Origin: Candidatus Omnitrophota bacterium
Lineage (GTDB): Bacteria > Omnitrophota > Gorgyraeia > Gygaellales > Profunditerraquicolaceae
Assembly: GCA_022710715.1 (NCBI GenBank)
Contig: JAKLGJ010000003.1
Coordinates: 190,527 to 254,526, forward strand
DNA length: 64,000 nt
Direction of reading: 5' to 3'
Part shown: one piece after another, positions 37,952-52,600 of the stretch
Layout of the letters: every line of letters begins with the position of its first letter
Position numbering within the stretch: position 1 is the first letter of the stretch
Notes under the pieces: generated by a model
Database searches by the model: none
What the model saw: only the letters and a program-made list of their open reading frames with translations
Told to the model about the DNA's origin: nothing
Made by a program: the position numbers and the translations under genes

Positions 37952-38800
37952 TTATTTACCCTGGCCTTTGACCGCGGTTTCCATTTCGCTGAACGACGGC
38001 TTGACCTCGCCCGGTATGGCCCGTCTGCCGAATTCCACCGCCATCAGCGGAGCTACGCCCCGGGCAAAGGCGATCAGCGCGGCTTTGATGATCTGCAGAT
38101 ACACCCCTTCCTCGCGAGCCTTATGCTCGAGATTGGTGGACATGGGGCTGAAAATACAATACGACCCGAAGATCCCGAAGAACGTCCCCAGCAGCGCTAC
38201 GGCGATATGATGGCCGATGACCAGGGGCGGCTGGTCGATCTTGCCCATGGTCAGAACAACGCCGATAACCGCGGCGACGATGCCCAGACCGGGCAACCCG
38301 TCGGCGATCCGGTTGACCGCGTGCGACGGCTCCAGGGCATGCTCGTGATGCGTGTCTATCTCCAGGTCGATCAGGCTCTCCAGTTCGAACGGGGGGATAT
38401 TCGCGCTGACGACCATGCGCACGTTGTCGCAGATGAACTGCACCAGCTCGTGGTTTATCTTATATTTTTTGAACAACTCGCTCTGTTTGGGATTCTCGAT
38501 ATCGCCTTCCACGGAGAGCGGCCCATCCTTGCGGATCTTGGAGAATAAACCGTACAATAAAGAAAGATAGTTCAGATAGGATTTCTTATTCGGCGGGACG
38601 GCTGTGAACATGGCCGGAAGATTCTTGAGTACAGCAGCGACCACTCCCGGGGGATTAGCGATAAGAAAAGCGCCTATGGCTGCGCCGAAAATGATCATCG
38701 CTTCCACCGGCTGGAATAGAATCGCCACGTTCCCCTTTTCCAGTATGTATCCGCCGACAACCGAAAACATGACCACAACGATCCCGATAATCACGAGCAT
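37952..38800 (-). CDS. motA: Flagellar stator protein MotA.
   Basis: Collinear with E. coli MotA motifs (YLQ...LER.DIENP...LP.FGIVAAV.GVV...EFGR). Confidence 0.85.
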   Translation of the reverse strand: MLVIIGIVVVMFSVVGGYILEKGNVAILFQPVEAMIIFGAAIGAFLIANPPGVVAAVLKNLPAMFTAVPPNKKSYLNYLSLLYGLFSKIRKDGPLSVEGDIENPKQSELFKKYKINHELVQFICDNVRMVVSANIPPFELESLIDLEIDTHHEHALEPSHAVNRIADGLPGLGIVAAVIGVVLTMGKIDQPPLVIGHHIAVALLGTFFGIFGSYCIFSPMSTNLEHKAREEGVYLQIIKAALIAFARGVAPLMAVEFGRRAIPGEVKPSFSEMETAVKGQGK

Positions 38801-38803
38801 AGT

Positions 38804-41399
<2,596 letters not shown>

Positions 41400-41403
41400 G
41401 TGC

Positions 41404-43462
<2,059 letters not shown>

Positions 43463-43475
43463 TCTCCATGCACGT

Positions 43476-43964
43476 TCAGGTTACCTTCTGCAGTTCCTTG
43501 AGCGTTTCCTGGAACAGCCGTTCCTTGACTTCCGAGGTTATGGACTGGCTGACCAGCCGCTGCGCCAGTTCCAGGGAAATCTCGGAAATTTCGTTATACG
43601 CCTCCAGCAGGAGACGGTTGTTATCCTCCTGCACCGCGTTGTGCGCTTTCTGGCGGATCTGATCGGCTTCCTCATGCGCCTTACGCAGGATTTCATCCCG
43701 CAGCTTGCCGGCTTCCAGTTTCGCCCCGGCCAAAACTTCATCCGCCTGCTGCTGTATGCCGACGAGCTTACGCGAGTACTCCGCTTCCTGCTTTTTGACC
43801 GCTTGCTTGGTCTCTTCGATCAGCTCCAGGTCTTTCCGGATCGTCTCTTTGCGCTGCGCCAGCAGCGCGCAGATGGGTTTCCAGGATATTTTCCACAGGA
43901 TGCCCACGGCCAGCAGAAAAGTGATGATCTGGGCAACCAGAATCCCCGCATTGATCTCAAGCAT
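43476..43964 (-). CDS. atpF: Fo ATP synthase b subunit.
   Basis: Single N-terminal TM plus a long charged helix. Confidence 0.8.
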   Translation of the reverse strand: MLEINAGILVAQIITFLLAVGILWKISWKPICALLAQRKETIRKDLELIEETKQAVKKQEAEYSRKLVGIQQQADEVLAGAKLEAGKLRDEILRKAHEEADQIRQKAHNAVQEDNNRLLLEAYNEISEISLELAQRLVSQSITSEVKERLFQETLKELQKVT

Positions 43965-43979
43965 GGTTTTCCTCGCTGT

Positions 43980-44345
43980 TTAATGCACCAGCAGCTTGGT
44001 GAACGGGTTGACGAATAAAATGATGATACCGATGAAAAGCGTATACAATACCAGCGATTCGATGAACGCCAGACCGATCATCAGCACCATCTGGATCTTC
44101 GGCGTCGCTTCCGGCTGACGGGCGATGCCGTCCAGAGCGCTGGTAATGGCCTTGCCTTGCGCGATACCGCAGAGAGCCGCGACGACGGCCAGCGCGAATC
44201 CGGCCACGATGATGGAAACGCTGAAATAATTGACGTACGCCGGCTGCGCCAACTGTTGCGCCGCCCCGGCGCCGCCTTCAGCCGCCCAGGCAACCGCGCC
44301 CTGCGTCAACAACGCCATACAACAACCCGCGAGTTTCTTGACCAT
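43980..44345 (-). CDS. atpE: Fo ATP synthase c subunit with an about 40-aa N-terminal extension.
   Basis: Hairpin with conserved Glu (AFIESLVLY); the extra N-terminal segment is hydrophobic. Confidence 0.8.
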   Translation of the reverse strand: MVKKLAGCCMALLTQGAVAWAAEGGAGAAQQLAQPAYVNYFSVSIIVAGFALAVVAALCGIAQGKAITSALDGIARQPEATPKIQMVLMIGLAFIESLVLYTLFIGIIILFVNPFTKLLVH

Positions 44346-44360
44346 GTGTCCTCCCTTTGT

Positions 44361-45095
44361 TTAGTGTTCCTCGAGTTTGACTGCGCTCGCAACGTACGAG
44401 ACAGACAGAACCATGAAAATAAGCGCCTGGATGAACCCGACCATCAAACCCAGCAGCAGGATGAACGGCCGCAAGAACAACGGCCCCAGGCTCAATCCTT
44501 TGACGATGAGTTCCTTGCCGAAAAAGAATTCCAGCATCAGGAAAGCCAGTATGCCCAGCAGGATCTCCTTGGCGAAGATATTGCAGAACAAACGCAAAGC
44601 CAGCGAGAACGGCCGGGCGAAATTACCGATCATCTCGATGATGAACATCAATCCGCGGATAGGAAACATATACCAGGGAAGCGACGGCCCGAAGAAATGC
44701 TTCAGGTATCCCAGCCCCTGCCGGCGAAACCCCATGAAGTTATAGTACACGAATACCACCAGCGACAGGCCCACGGTAACATTCAGGTCCGAAGTCGGGG
44801 AGATCAGGCCGGGGAACAAGCCGATAAGGTTGCCGACAAAGATGTACAGGAAGATCCCGATAAACAAAGGATAATACCGGACCGCGTCATGGCCGATGGC
44901 GTCGTCGATCATGCCGGTAATACTCTCGAAACACATTTCAAAGACCGATTGCAGCGCGTGCGGTACCCGCCGGGCGGTTTTGAGCACCGCCAGCGACGCG
45001 ACCCCGATAGCCAGCCATACCAGCCAGGTCATCAGCAGGCTGGTGGGAATGTTCGCGATATGGTATTCGATGCTTTCCGGAACAACCGAGCTCAT
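44361..45095 (-). CDS. atpB: Fo ATP synthase a subunit.
   Basis: Conserved Arg helix ...LALRLFCNIFAKE. Start trimmed to MSSVVPESIEY; the upstream 117 aa of the track ORF is a Gly/Arg-rich read-through. Confidence 0.85.
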   Translation of the reverse strand: MSSVVPESIEYHIANIPTSLLMTWLVWLAIGVASLAVLKTARRVPHALQSVFEMCFESITGMIDDAIGHDAVRYYPLFIGIFLYIFVGNLIGLFPGLISPTSDLNVTVGLSLVVFVYYNFMGFRRQGLGYLKHFFGPSLPWYMFPIRGLMFIIEMIGNFARPFSLALRLFCNIFAKEILLGILAFLMLEFFFGKELIVKGLSLGPLFLRPFILLLGLMVGFIQALIFMVLSVSYVASAVKLEEH

Positions 45096-45478
45096 ACACT
45101 GCGCCTTTCTCTCGTCTTCTGCGACTGAACGGCCCTGCCGATCAACCAGACCGATACCGCCAGTCCCGCGACCAGCCCGCACACGATACCCCAGACGTTC
45201 ACCGCAGCCGGTCCTACCAGCAGCCAGAAGGCTATGCCCATCGCGGCAAACCGCAGGAAAGGGTTTTTGAACAGGTAACTCGTCCAGTGCCGGCGATAAA
45301 CGGATATCGCCGCTTTCAGACCGATGATCAATAAAAACAGGTCTGCCAGACTCACCAGAACGCCCGCGATCACGCCGGTAAACAGGTGGGCCCTGCCCAG
45401 AACCATACCGCTGGCTATCAGCAACACTGCCAGGCACGCCGCACACCGGGCAGCCCGCAGCTGGATATTATGTATCAT
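45092..45478 (-). CDS. atpI: ATP synthase protein I (AtpI-like small membrane protein).
   Basis: 4 TM helices; located upstream of atpB. Confidence 0.55.
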   Translation of the reverse strand: MIHNIQLRAARCAACLAVLLIASGMVLGRAHLFTGVIAGVLVSLADLFLLIIGLKAAISVYRRHWTSYLFKNPFLRFAAMGIAFWLLVGPAAVNVWGIVCGLVAGLAVSVWLIGRAVQSQKTRERRSV

Positions 45479-45680
45479 CGGAAAGCTTCTTGATCTCTTT
45501 AATCACCTGCCAGAAACCGGCAGCGATACCCAGGATGAGAAATACTAACGTAAAAAGCGGCGAACTGCCGAACCGCTTATCGATCGCCAGCCCTATGCCC
45601 AGCCCCAGCGCCGTGGCGACGATCATGGTAATGCCCAGCGACGAAAGCGACCAGAGCTGCCAGGAAGCGTTTTTGCTCAT
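45468..45680 (-). CDS. AtpZ / ATPase_gene1-family small membrane protein.
   Basis: Two-TM 70-aa protein at the head of the atp operon. Confidence 0.5.
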   Translation of the reverse strand: MSKNASWQLWSLSSLGITMIVATALGLGIGLAIDKRFGSSPLFTLVFLILGIAAGFWQVIKEIKKLSDDT

Positions 45681-46090
45681 CGCGCCACAGCGCCGCAGTT
45701 CACATCGCCGCAGCGCATGGTATTATCGATGCAGGAGATGAGCTTGTGGGCTTCCACCGGCTTGGCGATGAAATTCCTGCCGCCGATCTCGCGCATCAAT
45801 CTGGATCCGATCTCCTCTTCCGTGACCAGCGCGGTCAAAAACAGAATGGGCACGCTTTTGAGCAATTCGTTGCGCAGCAGCGCGTCGGCGACGTCCGGAC
45901 CGGACATGTTCGGCATCATCACGTCCAGGATGATCAGATCCGGCTTATTCTGCTGCGCCAGGGTAAGACCGGTTTCTCCGGTATGCGCGATGCTGACCTG
46001 GAACCGGCCGCTGCGTTCCAGGATCTGCTTCACAAAAAAACAAAAGTCTTTTTCGTCGTCGATCAAAAGGATTTTCTTTACTTCTGCCAT
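45677..46090 (-). CDS. Single-domain response regulator (REC only).
   Basis: [11 protein letters not shown]...DVMMP...K. Start ATG 46090 with AGGAGGAAGC RBS; the track ORF over-extends. Confidence 0.75.
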   Translation of the reverse strand: MAEVKKILLIDDEKDFCFFVKQILERSGRFQVSIAHTGETGLTLAQQNKPDLIILDVMMPNMSGPDVADALLRNELLKSVPILFLTALVTEEEIGSRLMREIGGRNFIAKPVEAHKLISCIDNTMRCGDVNCGAVAR

Positions 46091-47769
46091 GCTTCCTCCT
46101 GCTGCGCGGGTTGGCCCGCATAGACTGGTAGTTTGATCAAAAAGGCGGTGCCTGTGCCCACCTGACTCTTCACTTCGATCGAACCGCGATGGCGCTCGAG
46201 GATCATGTGAGAGATACTCAATCCCAGCCCCGTGCCCTTTCCCGGTTCTTTGGTCGTAAAGAACGGGTCGAAAATGCGATCGAGATTCTCCGGCGCGATA
46301 CCGGTACCGGTATCGCTGACGTTCACCCCTGCCCAGGACGCGCCGTCCGACTGTTCCTGCGTGACGCATACGGACAGCCTGCCGCCTTTGGGCATGGCGT
46401 CGATACCGTTCAGGAAGAGGTTGAAGAAAACCTGGCGCAGCATGGTCACGTCCGCCTCGATGAGAACGGGCAGCGGCGGGAACTGCCGCTGGATCTCCAC
46501 CGCGTTCAACGACGCCTGATGTTCGAGCAACCCCGCGGCTTCGGCGATCAAAGCGCACAGGTCCACCGCTTTGAGCTCGAGTTTCGAGGCGCGGGAGAAC
46601 TTAAGCAGCTCGATGATGATATTGTTGGCGCGCAGGATCGAATTTTTCATCTTCTCGATCGACTCGCCGGTCATCGGATCGTCGTTTTTCATCGTGCCCT
46701 TGAGGAATTCCAGCCCGCTCATGATGATGCCCAGCGGATTGCGGATCTCGTGCGCGATGCCCGACGCCAGCTGCCCGACGGAAGCGAGCTTCTCGGTCTG
46801 GATAAGCTGGTCCTGGGTGGCGTGCAGCTTCTTGATCGTCTCTTCGAGCATCTCTATTTTCGCCTGCAGATCGTTGTAGAGCTTGAAATTCTCGATGGCG
46901 ACCCCGCCCTGGCCCGCGAGCACGGCCAGCAGGGTATATTCGCGTTCCGTAAACCCCTCTTCGCTTTCTTTCTCGCAGATGTTCATCACGCCGAAAGTCG
47001 TGCGCTGGGAACGCAGCGGCAAGCTGGCCAGCGGCGGCGTATACAAAGACGCCGGAGCCATGTCCGGATGGCTCTGCATCAATTCGTCGAACGACTCCCG
47101 GCTGTTGATCACGATCGGCTTGCCTTCCCTGATCACTCTGCCGGGAATGGTGTTCTCCACCTCGAGCTGCGCGGGCGCCGATGCGGCGCCGTCGCCGTTG
47201 CCGCGCACCGCTTTGACCGTCAGTTGCCGGCTGTGGTCATCGAGCATCAACAGCGAACCTTTTTTCGCCCGGGTAATGGATAAGGCCGAATCGAGTATCC
47301 TGCCTAAATAAGCGTCGAGGTTCGATTCGCTGGTCACCGAGCGGTTGATTTCGAACAACGTGCGCAATTCGGTGGCTTTGACGTAATCGATCGCGTACGC
47401 CTGCTTGCGCAGGCAACGCTCGACGGTCGAGACCAGTTCATTGATGTCGAACGGCTTGCAGATGAAATCGAACGCGCCGATCTTGAGCGCTTCCACGGCG
47501 GCTTCGATGGTCGGATAGCCGGTGACCAGGATCACCTCGATGTACGGATTGGTGATCTTGATCTGCTTGAGCACGTCCGTGCCGGTAAGGCCGGGCATCT
47601 TGAGATCGGTCACCAGGAGGTTGAAGGCATTGGTCTTGAGTTTTTCCACCGCGACGGAACCGTTCTCCGCCGTTTCCACCTCATACCCTTTGTCGGTGAG
47701 AACTCGTTTGATAAGCTGGATGATGATGTCTTCGTCATCCGCGATCAGTATCCGGGGTTTTATCATCAT
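46078..47769 (-). CDS. Hybrid sensor kinase: REC, GAF, HisKA, HATPase_c.
   Basis: ILIADDE...D; H-box [11 protein letters not shown]; N, G1, G2 boxes. Confidence 0.85.
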   Translation of the reverse strand: MMIKPRILIADDEDIIIQLIKRVLTDKGYEVETAENGSVAVEKLKTNAFNLLVTDLKMPGLTGTDVLKQIKITNPYIEVILVTGYPTIEAAVEALKIGAFDFICKPFDINELVSTVERCLRKQAYAIDYVKATELRTLFEINRSVTSESNLDAYLGRILDSALSITRAKKGSLLMLDDHSRQLTVKAVRGNGDGAASAPAQLEVENTIPGRVIREGKPIVINSRESFDELMQSHPDMAPASLYTPPLASLPLRSQRTTFGVMNICEKESEEGFTEREYTLLAVLAGQGGVAIENFKLYNDLQAKIEMLEETIKKLHATQDQLIQTEKLASVGQLASGIAHEIRNPLGIIMSGLEFLKGTMKNDDPMTGESIEKMKNSILRANNIIIELLKFSRASKLELKAVDLCALIAEAAGLLEHQASLNAVEIQRQFPPLPVLIEADVTMLRQVFFNLFLNGIDAMPKGGRLSVCVTQEQSDGASWAGVNVSDTGTGIAPENLDRIFDPFFTTKEPGKGTGLGLSISHMILERHRGSIEVKSQVGTGTAFLIKLPVYAGQPAQQEEAWQK

Positions 47770-47963
47770 GCTCCTTCAAAACCGCTGGAGTTGCGTACCC
47801 ATTCCTTGAGCTGCTCGCGCTCGAATCTCCATTTATGCATCACTTTTTTTGCGGGCAGACTGCCGTCTTTGAGAAGCCGGTATACCGAACGCTTGCTCAA
47901 CCGCAGAAACGTTGCCGCTTCGTCAAGAGTCAGAATTTCGACGTCCTTATCAAGAACAAACAT
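47766..47963 (-). CDS. Stand-alone excisionase/MerR-type helix-turn-helix DNA-binding protein (65 aa).
   Basis: LTLDEAATFLRLSKRSVYRLLKDGSLPAKKV. 4-nt overlap with the GAF kinase start. Confidence 0.55.
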   Translation of the reverse strand: MFVLDKDVEILTLDEAATFLRLSKRSVYRLLKDGSLPAKKVMHKWRFEREQLKEWVRNSSGFEGA

Positions 47964-48142
47964 CCCATCCTTTCTGTAAAGCCCCCCCGGCTTTACTTCC
48001 GGCCGTTGATACTGCCGGACAGACGATATCCTTCCTGCGCAGCGCGCCAGGCGAATAGCAGTTAAACTGCCAGTAATATCACTGTGTTACCGTTATTATC
48101 GGCCTGGCCTTGAAAAACTTTAATGCGTGAAAAAAAAGGGAT

Positions 48143-49642
48143 TTACGGGGAAACCGGCAGGAGGATGGTGAAGGTAGTCCCTTTTCCGACGACGCTCTCA
48201 ACGGAAATGGAACCTTTGTGATTCTCGATAATGCGATAGACGATGGACAGCCCCAGACCGAGACCTCCGCTGGGGGATTTGGTGGTAAAGAAAGGGTTGA
48301 AGATGCTTTCCATCTGTTCCTGCGGGATACCGCAGCCGTTATCCGCGACCTGCAGCTGCGCCGCATGCGCCTGCTGCAGCCCGACGGTCCTGACCAGGAT
48401 CTCGCCCGGCTCCGGCCGTTTGACCGACTCGATGGCGTCGCGCGCGTTGGTAATAAGATTGATCAATACCTGCTGCAGCTGGTTGAGGTCGCCGAGCACG
48501 TGCGGCAGATCCGGCTGCAGCTCGACGCGCATCCTGATATTGTGCACTTTCAACTGCGCCTTCAATAAGGAAAGCGAATCTTCCACCGCCCGGTTAAGGT
48601 CGCAGGCCTGGACTTTAAAATCGGTCTTGCGGGCGAAGGAACGCACGTTCTGGATGATCTTCTCCATGCGTTCGGTCTGATCCACGATCTTCTGCAGATC
48701 CGCGCGGACTTTATGCTGCGGCTCGATATCCAGCAGCGCGACCTGGGCGAAACCGCGTATGCCGGTCAGCGGCTGGTTGAGCTCGTGGGAGATCCCGGCG
48801 GCCAGCTGTCCCATGGCCGTCATCTTGCTGGAATGGATCAGCTGCTGCTGGGTGTCCTGAAGCTTCTTGTACGCTTCCTGCAGCGCCTGCTCGGCCTGCT
48901 TGCGCTCGGAGATGTCGTTGGCCACCACCAGGGCCACGGTGATCATCCCGCTGTGATGCTTGAGGGGCTGAATGCTGGTCTGGTACCAGCGTTTCCGTCC
49001 CCCGACGATTGTTTCGCTCTCGCCCGTCATCCCCTGATCGGAATCGATCACCTGCTGCACCCATTTAAGCTGATTATCCGCGTATTCCTGCGGAAAAATT
49101 TCGTGCATGGTCTTACCGATGTAATCGGCCGGCTTGCCCCCCAGTTCTTTCGCGCCTTCGTTATTAAGGAAAAGCACCACTCCGTTACGGTCGACGGTTA
49201 CGATAGCCTGCTGCAACGACTCCACCAGAGTGCGGTATTTCTCCTCGCTCTCCCTGATGCGGTTCTCCATTTTGTGCTTGTACAGAGCGGTCTCGATGCC
49301 GCTGACGATCTCCCGCTCTTCGAAAGGCTTGAGTATGTATCCGTAGGGGCCGGTAAGTTTCGCCCGCTGCAGGGTCTCGGCATCGGCATAAGCGGTCAGG
49401 TACATCACCGGGATATTGAACCGGCCGAAGATCTGCTCCGCGGCGTCGATACCGTCCATCGCCCCGTCGAGCATGATATCCATGAGCACCAGGTCGGGTT
49501 TAAGCGCTTCGGCTTTGGCCAGGGATTCTGCCGCCGTGGCCACCGCGGCGACCACGTCGTAACCGATGCCGCGCAAACGCTCGGCAAGATCCTTGCGCAC
49601 GATCCCCTCATCCTCGACTATCATCAAACGTGTCCCGGCCAT
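48143..49642 (-). CDS. Hybrid sensor kinase: REC, PAS, HisKA, HATPase_c.
   Basis: LMIVEDE...D; H-box AGISHELNQPL; G boxes. Confidence 0.85.
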   Translation of the reverse strand: MAGTRLMIVEDEGIVRKDLAERLRGIGYDVVAAVATAAESLAKAEALKPDLVLMDIMLDGAMDGIDAAEQIFGRFNIPVMYLTAYADAETLQRAKLTGPYGYILKPFEEREIVSGIETALYKHKMENRIRESEEKYRTLVESLQQAIVTVDRNGVVLFLNNEGAKELGGKPADYIGKTMHEIFPQEYADNQLKWVQQVIDSDQGMTGESETIVGGRKRWYQTSIQPLKHHSGMITVALVVANDISERKQAEQALQEAYKKLQDTQQQLIHSSKMTAMGQLAAGISHELNQPLTGIRGFAQVALLDIEPQHKVRADLQKIVDQTERMEKIIQNVRSFARKTDFKVQACDLNRAVEDSLSLLKAQLKVHNIRMRVELQPDLPHVLGDLNQLQQVLINLITNARDAIESVKRPEPGEILVRTVGLQQAHAAQLQVADNGCGIPQEQMESIFNPFFTTKSPSGGLGLGLSIVYRIIENHKGSISVESVVGKGTTFTILLPVSP

Positions 49643-49675
49643 GGTCCTCTATCCTCGCGCGCCCGGCGCGCTTGG

Positions 49676-52600
49676 TTATTTGAAGCGTATCTTGAACAGC
49701 GTCCCTTTGTTGCGCAGCACTTCGAACGTGCCGTTGAGCTGCTCCACCAGGGTAAGCACGATCTGCAGCCCCAGGCTCGGCGTTCTGTACACATCCATCC
49801 CGGCAGGCAAACCTTTGCCGTTGTCTTCGATGGACAAAGTATATGTTGTATCAGGTTCCTGCCTGAAGTCAATACAAATTTCCCCCTGCCGGGAATCGCT
49901 GAAAGCGTGCTTGAGCGCGTTGGACACCAGCTCATTCACGATCAACCCGCAGGGAATGGCGTGATTCACCGTCAATGTTATATTATCGACCACATTGATC
50001 CTGAACTTGATTTTTTTCGTGTCCACCACATAGGACGCGAACAACCCCGCGGCCAGGTCATGGATATACTTGGTAAAATCGATCTTGGTCAGGCTTTTGA
50101 GATAATATAATCTCTCGTGGATCAATACCATGGATTTGATCCGGCTCTGGCAGTCTTTGAACATCACCCGGTCATCGGGGTCCTTGAGGGATTTGGACTG
50201 CAGATTGATCAGGCTGGAAACCACCTGAAGGTTATTCTTGACCCGGTGATTGATCTCCTTAAGCAAAATCTCCTTTTCTTTCAGCGCGGCGGTCATGCTC
50301 TCCTGAATCCTGACCCGCTCGCTGATGTCCAGCGCGGTGAAAATCATCCCTTTGCTCCAGTCCGACTGATCCAGCGGCACGGAACTCAAGAGCACGTTGA
50401 TTACGACGCCGTCTTTGCGCAGCCAGCGGGTTTCTACCGTGCCCATCCCGGTCTTTCTGATCTGATCGTACTTGACCCTACCCACGAATTCGTAATCTTC
50501 CTGCGCGGGATACAGCATCCGCGCTTCGCGACCGGTCAGCTCTCCGGCTGCATACCCGGTCATCTTGCAGAAACAGTCGTTGACCTGCTGAATCACCCGG
50601 TTCACCACCAGGCCGATACCGATGGGCGCGGCGCGGAATATGCTGTTGAGTTTGTTTTCACGCTCGCGCAATGCCTGCTGCGCCAGTTCCATTTCGGTGA
50701 CGTCCCTGACTGTGGCCAGCAGACAGGCCTCTCCGTCGATCACGATGCGTTCGGCGGAGACCGAAGCCACGAACGATTCCCCGGATTTGCGCCGCTGTAA
50801 AATGCGCATATGGGCGGCGGCGCTGTCTAAAGCCTGCAGCAGACGCTTGCGATCCTGATCGTCTACCCAGATGCCCAGTTCCACCGACGTTTTGCCGATC
50901 GCCTCGCTGCGCGAATAACCGAAGATCTTCTCCGTCGCTTCGTTGGTTTCGATGATGCGGCCCGTTTCCAGAGAGCTGATGGTCATCCCGTCCGCGCTGG
51001 AGTGGAAAGCCTTGGAAAACTTTTCTTCGGACAACCGCAGCGCCGCTTCAGCGCGCTTGCGCTCGGTTATATCGATATTGGTCCCGATATACCCTTTGAC
51101 GCTGCCGTCGGGATCGCGCCATGATACCGCGTATCCCAGGACGAAAGTGACCTTGCCTTCCGGGCTGCAGAACCGGCATTCCAGCCCCCATTTCCCTTCG
51201 GAAGCGACCAGCCGCGGCCACTCCTTATCGATCAGGGCGCGGTCATCCGGATGCACCCCCTCGAGCCATCCTTTGCCCAGGGATTGCTCAAAGGTCAATC
51301 CGGACATCTCGCTCCAGCAGCGGTTGACATAGAGGCAATCGCCGTTCTGGTCGGTCAGATAGATCGCGATCGGCGATTCCTCGGCCAGGGCGCGGAAGCG
51401 TTCCTCGCTCTCCCGCAGAGCCTCCTCCGCGATCTTCAAGGCGGTGATATCCTCGCAATACACCAGCCACCCGCCGTCTTCAAGCGCTACGGTGTGAAAA
51501 GAAACGATTTTCTGGCTGCCCTCCCTGCAGACGATAGGAAAAACGCGGACATGTTTCATCCCCGGACGCATTGTCCGGGTATCGCTGATCCATTCAGCAA
51601 CGACCTGCTTCCGGGCCGGCTCATCCGGGAAAGCCCGCTTGAACCAGGTTGCGCCGTCCGGGAGATCCTCCAGCGAATAACCGGTGATCTCGGTAAAACG
51701 GTTATTGACATACGACAGCTTGCCCGCCAGGGTGAGCATCATGATGCCCAGCGGCGATTGCTCGGAAAGCATCTCGAATTTCCGGTGCTGCGCCTGGACC
51801 AACTCTTCCATGCGTTTACGCCCGGTAATATCGGTGAACATGGCGAATGCCCCGCCGAACCCCCCGGCTGCGTTGCGCAGCGGAGTGGCGGAAACCAGCA
51901 TCCAGCGCACCGAACCGTCTTTGTGCCGGAACCGGCGCTCGAACCGCGCGTCTTCTCCCTGCACGCTTAAAGCTATTTTCTCCCGGTGATCATCCAGATC
52001 CTCCGGAGCCACAAAATCGGCAAATGGCTTGCCCACCATTTCCTCGGGAACAAGCCCGAGCATATCCGCCATTTTCTGATTAACAAAGGTAGTAATATAC
52101 TCTTCGTTCATACCCCAGATGCCTTCGTTGGCGGTCTCGACAATGCGCCGGTAGCGTTCTTCGCTTTCGCGCAACGCCGTTTCGATGTTTTTACGCTCGG
52201 TGATATCGCGGCTGATCCCCTGTAAGGCTACCATCCGGCCCCGGGGATCGCTCAACAGGCAGAACCGGGCTTCCAACCAGCGCAGCGAACCGTTCTTGTG
52301 CCGGACCTGGAGCTCCTCGGTATAATACTGCGATGCTTTGCCCCGCTGCCGGGAATGCTGCTCCCTGATCTCCTTGAGCCGCTTGCGCAAATAGGCGTAC
52401 GTCGCCGGGGTGATCACATCCTTGAAATCGGTATTCATCGCTTCTTCGACACTGTACCCCAGCAGCGTTGTTACCGCCGGGCTGACGAACGTATGGCGCA
52501 AACGCGTATCCATCACCCAGACGATATCCCGGATATTCTCGGCCAGGAACCGGTATTTCCGCTCGCTCTCTTCAAGAATGCGGTGTTCGGTTTTGCTTTC

